This document shows, one piece after another, positions 58,301 through 64,000 of a stretch of DNA of 64,000 bases (position 1 is the stretch's first letter; each line of letters starts with the position of its first letter). This stretch comes from a virus (Duplodnaviria; Heunggongvirae; Uroviricota; Caudoviricetes), in IMG/VR virus record IMGVR_UViG_3300031867_000016, positions 27,293 through 91,292 of that record. One strand, given 5' to 3'. The notes beneath the pieces were generated by a model. That model had not been told where the DNA came from. It was given only the letters and a program-made list of their open reading frames with translations, and did no database searches. The translations under genes and the position numbers were made by a program.

Positions 58301-61300
58301 TATTCCATGTCTCGGTTTATAACTGACGGACATACAAGATCTGCGTTATCTTCAATGTGAGTCTTATGAAGTGTTGCATAGCTCAAATAACCTATACCAT
58401 TTGACTGTCTGGTTAAAGTCTTTGCTCTTTCGGCGATTTCAGAAGCAAATGCTTCTTCAAACATCTTCCAAAACACACTGTCGTGACCAGAGAAAACATA
58501 GCTGTCTTCGCTTTCGCTCGTGTGGTAATCCCAGTCTGCATAATAAGGTATATTCAAACGACCTGTATTATTCACGCCAAAGCATGAGTCGAGGTCGTAT
58601 AGATCGGCGTACCATATAGCAAATGTAGAATTGTTCCAGTCAATAGCATCGACATTTAAACTGCCATCGTCTTTTCTGATTTCAGCAATAGATGTCGCAC
58701 CGTTTGTGAATTTAATATCCTCTACAGTAACATCCTTACAGCTCAGGAACATATTCTTTGCTCTGTTATCGCACAGACAAACAAATTCCATAAACAGATA
58801 ATACACAAGAGCATGTTCAAGGTTTAAATGCTTTGTAAATTCTTCCTTGAAGATCTTTTTCTTTGCTTCGCGTGTTGCGTTGTCTGTTGCTTCCCAGAAA
58901 TTAGCACGCTGGCATATCCACGTGTACAATACATGAATGTAATCATAATTCGGAGTAAGGTTATCGTCTTCAAGATCGCCTTCATCGGGGTAGCATGATT
59001 CCAGTCCGTGCTTTACATTAAGAATATTGTTACCTTTTTCATCCTTAATCATTTCATAGAATTTATCGGACTTGAATTTGCAGATATCACTGGAATTGGT
59101 TTTGAACTCCCATTTCTGCTGCTTGGTGACGTTGCCTTTGTCTCCTGCTGTTTTTAAACCAAAGCTTTCAACGTTGCCTTTATCATTGTTAAGACAGCCG
59201 TCGCCGGCAAAGGTAAAGTCACTGTCACTGTATGCTTCGTTAAGGAAGTCTTCGCCCTTGTATTTGCTCAGCGGCATATTGAATAACAGGCAGCGGAAAC
59301 CATACACCGTATTCTGAACAAGCGAACCTGGCTGTTTATCGTTGAACAGCGTATCAGCAATGTTTGCGTTGAAAGTATTTGCATGGTCTGTAGACATGTA
59401 GTCGATCTTGTAACAGAGAGTTGACTCTGGCACAGATTTCGCAGTACCGTCTGCATTAAGACCTTTCAGTGCATACTTTATTTTCTTTTTCACTTCGCTT
59501 GTTTTACCTTCATCATCAGTTACAGTCTTCACTTTGCCTTCTTCATCACGATCATACTTTGCAAGCTTGACTTTGTAATTCTTTCTGATGTACTGCTGCG
59601 AGCTTGTTCCTTGTACGTTATTGATGCAGGCAAATACATTGCTGTCATCCATATCAAGGCATGAGAATTCAGTTGTAAAGCCACCGTTATTATCTGGTTT
59701 TGTCAGTACAGCTCCGCATGGCTGTTCATCGCCCTTATAACCAGACAAATTACCGATGAGAAGCAGACATGGATACTTGTAAATTGCTTTCCGATAAGAG
59801 ACATCGTTGTTGACGATCATGTCATTGTAGGCGTTCTGCGCCAGTCTTTCCTTGATGTCAGTAGAAGAGTTCATGTAGTTCTGAAGAACTTCTTCATCTG
59901 TAAGATCACGGTTGTACATGCGTATATCATACAGCTTTGTAATACAGCCGTTGGAACCAATAACAATTGCAGCTTTTCCATCATAATCCATGCCAGTAGA
60001 CGGATACAGATAGGAGTTTGCATATTCACCATTCACAAAAACATTGACACACTGTGTTTCATGCTCTGCGCCTGGTATTATTTTCTGAACAACGAAGCTG
60101 ATTCTGAGTCTCTTTTCATCTTTGAGATAAGCGCATGGAATATCACTTTCGTTGTGGATGAAGCCATCTTCATCAAGTTCAAGTTCCTGTCCTTTTGCCA
60201 GCAGATAACATACCTGAGGATTGATAACAAACTGTGCACCATTATCGGAAATGTATTCAACGACATTTTCAGACTCGTCTGTTACGTTGTTCATCGACAG
60301 TTCGATTTCAATCGTTCTGCCTGTGGTTGTAACATGAGCATTCGTGCTGCTGTCAAGTGCAACAGTTTTTCCATCTTTATTCTCAAAAGAAGAATACAGA
60401 ATTGGAAGATCAATTGTCATACGTGCATCGCCTGAGAGTGTAAGAGCACCAGACTCAAGATAACCATCAGATGCCCAGTTAAAACCAGTCATGTCAGCAT
60501 ATATGTTTACAGCTTTTTCTGTACCTTTATTGAGAGTGTAGACATATGTTTCCTTGCCAACGCTGTCATTCTTAATACCAATCGGCTTATACGAATACAC
60601 GAGTCCTGTTTCAATCTGGTTTGTTTCATATTTCTGTGCTACAGCTTCAACATTGAAGTCCATATAGGCTGTACCGTTTTCATCGCTTGTAACAAGACGA
60701 ACAACTGCAGCACCAGATGCTGGATATGTGTCTTCTGAAAGCTCCAGCGTTTCCATTCTGTTGCATCTGATATTAGTAGATACATCACTGTAATACGTTG
60801 GTACAAACACGCCGTTGGCGTTGAGCTCGCCAACGGCGATGTTCAACTTGGACATTCTTTCTTTTCCCGGAGCGTAAACCACATAGTGAATGACCAGTTT
60901 ATCTCCATATTTGATATTGCTGTTTTCGAGATATGCACCAACCATTTCGTCTGTGTTGCCAGATTCATCATCGTAAAGGATAGGAAATACGACACGATTG
61001 GATTCAGTTGCATCATCTGAAACATAATACAGAGTCGCAGTATGTGCGCCATAAGACAGCTTCGATGAATCAATCAACAGCTGGTTATTTTTGTTATGAT
61101 CCTTACCGATGTTTGCAGAAATAACAGGAGTCTTATTATCATCGAGAAGCAAATACACAGTCTTATTAATGTCGTTTCCTATAGGAATATAAGGAATCGG
61201 AACATCGCCTCTGTACAAAGATGACGAATCAAAAGAAGTAGAGATGCTCATCTCTACACATGTCACATAATAGTCAATGTAAGCAGTCTTTGTTTTTGTC

Positions 61301-62472
61301 TTCCCGTCTTCATTGACTTCGGTATTTACTTCTACATGGAAAACCGTGATGTTACCGGGCGTAAGGTAATCAGATACATCGAGTGTCTGCTGTACTCCGC
61401 TTGCTATCTCTTCGTTATTGCTGATCATTTTATAATTGGCATCCTGCGAACCTTTATACGACACAGAGAGATAACCATTCTGGTTGATAACCGTAGAGCC
61501 GAAGTACAAATAATACGTATAAGACAGAGTGCATTTTGAATTCTGCGTTGTCTTTATTCTTGTCGATGAAGAATTGTTCTGCAGCATGACACTGTATACA
61601 GGAACGCCGCTTCCGCCGCCGCCAGTCAGTGTAATCGCTGCTGTTTCCTCATCATTTGCTTTCTTGAACTTCAACTCGTGCGTGCTCTCATTATATGTAT
61701 AGCTTACAAAACCATTTGCAGCATCAGACGCTGCCAGCTGTACAGCAACGTTAATGTCATCGATGGCATTGTTAATCTTCTGAATCGTATTTCTTGGTTC
61801 AGTAAGACCAATGTTGGAGTTTGTTGCAAGAGTAGAAAGATCAATATTCTGCCCACCGGTTGACGCATCCTCGATCATGTCTTCGACCTGAGTCGTGGTC
61901 ACATATGTATCCTGGGCTTCAGTCTTCGTAAGATAACCTTCGGCATCCGTCTTGGAAACATAGGTAGATTCAGCATCAGTCTTGGAGAGGTAGTTTGCAT
62001 CTGCATCGGTCTTGTTTATATAGGTTTCAGCAGCAGCTGTTGCCGTGAGGTAATCGTTGTCAGCAGATGCAACATTTTCAAGAGCAGTATCGATCTCTTC
62101 TTTTGTATAGTAATTCGTAAGGTTGACGTTATCCAGCGCCGTGGAAAGCTGATCCTTTGTGGCATAGCCTTCCAGAAGCTGATTCACTTCAGCCTTTGTA
62201 TAGTTATTATTCAAATCAATTGTAACGCTTGATCCTGTAATAGCAGTACCGTCAGACTTCACGAGCTGGAGTACGCCGGTTTCAGAGTTGAACGAGAAGC
62301 CAACGGCTGCTTCGTTGCATTTCGCCTCAAGCGTCTTCAGTTCTGCATCGATCATGTTCATGGCAGAGGTAGCCTCGGTGCCATTCACAAGCGTTCTCCA
62401 TTCGAGAAAAGTCATGACAGTCTCGTCTCTGGATACAAGCGGCAATCTATAATTAGTCGTAAATTGAGCCAT
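55378..62472 (-). CDS. giant tail fibre/host-specificity protein (2364 aa)
   Basis: N-terminal fibre-like heptad-type repeats (NYLSKTDAESTYVSKTDAEGYLTKTEAQDTYV). C-terminal Listeria-Bacteroides repeats (YTFVGWDRP…YKAVY; YRLFKDWDKS…YPTWY). Long β-rich central region. Confidence 0.65.
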   Translation of the reverse strand: MAQFTTNYRLPLVSRDETVMTFLEWRTLVNGTEATSAMNMIDAELKTLEAKCNEAAVGFSFNSETGVLQLVKSDGTAITGSSVTIDLNNNYTKAEVNQLLEGYATKDQLSTALDNVNLTNYYTKEEIDTALENVASADNDYLTATAAAETYINKTDADANYLSKTDAESTYVSKTDAEGYLTKTEAQDTYVTTTQVEDMIEDASTGGQNIDLSTLATNSNIGLTEPRNTIQKINNAIDDINVAVQLAASDAANGFVSYTYNESTHELKFKKANDEETAAITLTGGGGSGVPVYSVMLQNNSSSTRIKTTQNSKCTLSYTYYLYFGSTVINQNGYLSVSYKGSQDANYKMISNNEEIASGVQQTLDVSDYLTPGNITVFHVEVNTEVNEDGKTKTKTAYIDYYVTCVEMSISTSFDSSSLYRGDVPIPYIPIGNDINKTVYLLLDDNKTPVISANIGKDHNKNNQLLIDSSKLSYGAHTATLYYVSDDATESNRVVFPILYDDESGNTDEMVGAYLENSNIKYGDKLVIHYVVYAPGKERMSKLNIAVGELNANGVFVPTYYSDVSTNIRCNRMETLELSEDTYPASGAAVVRLVTSDENGTAYMDFNVEAVAQKYETNQIETGLVYSYKPIGIKNDSVGKETYVYTLNKGTEKAVNIYADMTGFNWASDGYLESGALTLSGDARMTIDLPILYSSFENKDGKTVALDSSTNAHVTTTGRTIEIELSMNNVTDESENVVEYISDNGAQFVINPQVCYLLAKGQELELDEDGFIHNESDIPCAYLKDEKRLRISFVVQKIIPGAEHETQCVNVFVNGEYANSYLYPSTGMDYDGKAAIVIGSNGCITKLYDIRMYNRDLTDEEVLQNYMNSSTDIKERLAQNAYNDMIVNNDVSYRKAIYKYPCLLLIGNLSGYKGDEQPCGAVLTKPDNNGGFTTEFSCLDMDDSNVFACINNVQGTSSQQYIRKNYKVKLAKYDRDEEGKVKTVTDDEGKTSEVKKKIKYALKGLNADGTAKSVPESTLCYKIDYMSTDHANTFNANIADTLFNDKQPGSLVQNTVYGFRCLLFNMPLSKYKGEDFLNEAYSDSDFTFAGDGCLNNDKGNVESFGLKTAGDKGNVTKQQKWEFKTNSSDICKFKSDKFYEMIKDEKGNNILNVKHGLESCYPDEGDLEDDNLTPNYDYIHVLYTWICQRANFWEATDNATREAKKKIFKEEFTKHLNLEHALVYYLFMEFVCLCDNRAKNMFLSCKDVTVEDIKFTNGATSIAEIRKDDGSLNVDAIDWNNSTFAIWYADLYDLDSCFGVNNTGRLNIPYYADWDYHTSESEDSYVFSGHDSVFWKMFEEAFASEIAERAKTLTRQSNGIGYLSYATLHKTHIEDNADLVCPSVINRDMEYKYEDPITKGYIDYSDEKKPYVYTSKYKYLQRGSRTEQKESFMYKRSHLLYSKYLCDQFLNSYIFFRPGKDISMKNTAIELRPVQKMRMSVSYGDSKVTVSSDILDANEKTTIRYNKGLGTSDTVSIHGASDIVELGDISKFYPWNLDISAATRLKTITIGSSEEGYMNESLEAVNVTNNILLEKINISGCVNLQGVIDFTKNPYLKEVYASNTPKISGFNFADGCILETLDITSPSSIVFKNMTKLKTFKYASLNNVKTFIVENTPIIDSIGLLTTVVDEENGTQLIDQLENIRLTGVNADLGSDTAFLKKLLTLKGKYVDENGNKPQGSTAYPIITGTIAVDSIGSTLLSKLHEAYGDELVINYRNEPEEERLVTFLDWDDSTLNEQSLSQGDTPLDPVKDKLIDTPTRPETNVAEYTFVGWDRPITAVGNENESYKAVYSQKAKKYKVRWFNGTTLLQEGEYDYGEEAIYEKEIPTNTTGDSTGTYRLFKDWDKSTGSVVENIDVYPTWYEGKVPASGTPFADMTPMQIYAMGKAGILASNGGRNSDRTSAAYYEMIKSGDTTQISMGCDLDYANVTSHEIVADTVTFNGNDTTNIIKTDINLFDKDKPFTLMIDYNFDQTDTSGKATLVSCTNESDGFALVQTINGPRIEFGGDSFNLKSNNNNLTGRDIVVIRHILGDPTLYIYSADTRDITTNGSFDIRTGSISRDAAIINNSELAVGCRYYVSDGHEGNLAAGKVYKMKYWEGDLGDTACKKLACWPHEVYTFIASGLVDSNSNTNFRMYQKTGSTNYAGLNLYSKELFSSSCVMNAASTNVGGWRDTLMRRYLNERIYYCFDPAWRAIMSQVQIKSCPGSGNTNTVYESSDYVFIPSYAEIVSVSSTETMSWTNQECQGRISYFNGNTSRTKTKLGDSSNAYWWLRTPSTYINTSNNNDDRRSTDFLEVYYYGYAGNNWSSHANNTTNGFCFGFAI

Positions 62473-62488
62473 ATGCGATTGCCCCTTT

Positions 62489-63346
62489 TTATGTCAGAAT
62501 ATAGTCTGACATGATCATTCCATCGAGATCCCCAATGGAATAGTCTTGATATGTGTGGACATCATATGTCCTGAAGTATTCGAGATAATAGTTGAATTCA
62601 TCCAATGTCATCTGGTCCAGACACGACTCAAACATAAACGACTGCATGTCATACCCATCAAATGTTTCCAGCACAATATCATCGTAGAGGTTTAATGAGT
62701 AACCGCCTATGCCGTTCAAGGCATAGTGGTCGTAATCACGCAGCGGATAAGATCTCTTGAGTTTGATCGTCGAACCAATTGGAGTATCCGTTGTCTGCAA
62801 TACCATCGCTGTAGCATACGTCAGCACATACTTACTGAGATCTGTGCTGTTGAAATGTCCAAGCGACAGGTAGTCCATGGAACCAAGTGTTCCATACCAG
62901 CCATCCATTCTTTCTGGATACGTGTAGATATAGCGCATCACTTTTTCCAGCTGTGTACTGATTGCAGTTGACGTATCGAATTCCACATGAACATCTTTCC
63001 TGACGCGATTGGAAAGCATATGCAGCTTGTATTCATCAATCTTCCATAACGGAAGTAGATCAAGGTCTGCCAGTCCATGAAACTCTCTGAGCCGCGAATG
63101 TAGGAGAATAGGCGAGACAAAGAGCTCGAAGAACCTGCTTGCCATGTAATTGTAGATTACCATGTTGAAGTGCTGATCATTGTGAGTAGGGAATAGGTAC
63201 TGCACATAATCAGGTACATTGGTAGACTGCGTTACAAGGAAAGGTATTTTCACAGGCTCAGTTTCAGCCTGTGTATTTTCATATAGAAAAGGAAATTTGA
63301 ATTCAGCATTGTCGTAATTAAATTTAGATCTGATCACGACACTCAC
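62489..63346 (-). CDS. hypothetical virion/baseplate-associated protein
   Basis: 285-aa ORF immediately upstream of the giant fibre gene. Confidence 0.45.
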   Translation of the reverse strand: MSVVIRSKFNYDNAEFKFPFLYENTQAETEPVKIPFLVTQSTNVPDYVQYLFPTHNDQHFNMVIYNYMASRFFELFVSPILLHSRLREFHGLADLDLLPLWKIDEYKLHMLSNRVRKDVHVEFDTSTAISTQLEKVMRYIYTYPERMDGWYGTLGSMDYLSLGHFNSTDLSKYVLTYATAMVLQTTDTPIGSTIKLKRSYPLRDYDHYALNGIGGYSLNLYDDIVLETFDGYDMQSFMFESCLDQMTLDEFNYYLEYFRTYDVHTYQDYSIGDLDGMIMSDYILT

Positions 63347-63350
63347 CTAC

Positions 63351-63776
63351 TTATGGGGAAGAGATTGAGTCGTAATCCATGATCGAAATGGCAAGCAAGC
63401 CTGCCGGTATAGTGATCACCGTATTTCGTTCTATGAAATGCGGTGTGTCCAGCGATCCTGCTGACAGAGCATGCGCTGTTTCATCCGGGCCGTCGAACAG
63501 CACCCAATACTGGGCTTTCTGTTCTCCATCCCACCATGAAGCAGTACTCTCGGAGAAGACAATGTCTTTCTCATTGACCAGAATTCCATTCTCTGCATAA
63601 GTAAAGTCTGTAATCCGGGTTCTGTTGTAGTTTGTGGCACCTCTCTCAGGCTCAAGGAAATTAAAGTTTCCTTCCTCGGTCTTTTCAAGAGTGGCAGACA
63701 GACCAATATAGAACTGCGCTTCAGGATCGTGGTATACCTTATTCATAATTGTATTCAGCCAGTACGTGGAATTCAT
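63351..63776 (-). CDS. hypothetical structural protein
   Basis: 141-aa ORF. Confidence 0.45.
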   Translation of the reverse strand: MNSTYWLNTIMNKVYHDPEAQFYIGLSATLEKTEEGNFNFLEPERGATNYNRTRITDFTYAENGILVNEKDIVFSESTASWWDGEQKAQYWVLFDGPDETAHALSAGSLDTPHFIERNTVITIPAGLLAISIMDYDSISSP

Positions 63777-63989
63777 TTACTCACCCCCGGCATTCAGGTT
63801 TTTAAATATTGTAAGTTCACCTTGCTGCGACTTGCAGTAAACCTCAGACTTCATTTCGATCTGATAAAGATAGTCGCCTTCAAGGTTGATCGTATCCGAA
63901 TACGTAAAGGAAAAACGTACTGTGCCGTCCTGTCCTTCGATCAGTGTGCCGGCTTTCGTAAGCACTGTTTCGTTTGTTTCTTTTGACAC
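63777..63989 (-). CDS. hypothetical protein (adjacent to window edge)
   Basis: 70-aa ORF. ATGA-type junction with the downstream gene. Confidence 0.35.
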   Translation of the reverse strand: MSKETNETVLTKAGTLIEGQDGTVRFSFTYSDTINLEGDYLYQIEMKSEVYCKSQQGELTIFKNLNAGGE

Positions 63990-64000
63990 AAGTGTCAGAG

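Overview
This window is a low-GC (~40%) region of a temperate, siphovirus-like phage of a Firmicute host. It appears to be in its unintegrated (attP) form. Strong AGGAGG-type ribosome-binding sites and a Firmicute-like tRNA-Cys fragment support the host assignment. Layout: the + strand (1-23.2 kb) carries the end of the tail morphogenesis operon: an acidic putative tail-assembly chaperone, an exceptionally long 5192-aa tape-measure protein (TMP), a distal tail protein (Dit) and a 1854-aa tail-tip protein (Tal), followed by a small membrane protein. A bidirectional terminator is followed by an ArdC-like antirestriction gene arranged as a terminator-flanked moron, then a 3' half of tRNA-Cys(GCA) (predicted attP core) next to a tyrosine integrase. 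Everything from 25.5 kb to the window end is on the minus strand. It begins with a dense early block of more than a dozen small zinc-ribbon/Cys-rich proteins and a transglutaminase-like + SPFH(band-7) + small membrane protein module. Next come an ImmA-like HExxH peptidase, an HNH endonuclease and nucleotide metabolism genes: a split nrdD with a ~290-nt structured insert (putative group I intron), nrdG, a glutaredoxin-like gene, thyX and dut. A RuvC-like resolvase and a lysis cassette (three small membrane proteins plus a SpoIID-NlpC/P60-SH3b endolysin) follow. The right end is a large receptor-binding/tail-fibre block: a YadA-like 14-aa-repeat fibre, Listeria-Bacteroides-repeat proteins, a paralogous fibre-cassette array with truncated duplicates, and a 2364-aa giant fibre. 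No CRISPR array, rRNA gene or complete tRNA gene could be supported.
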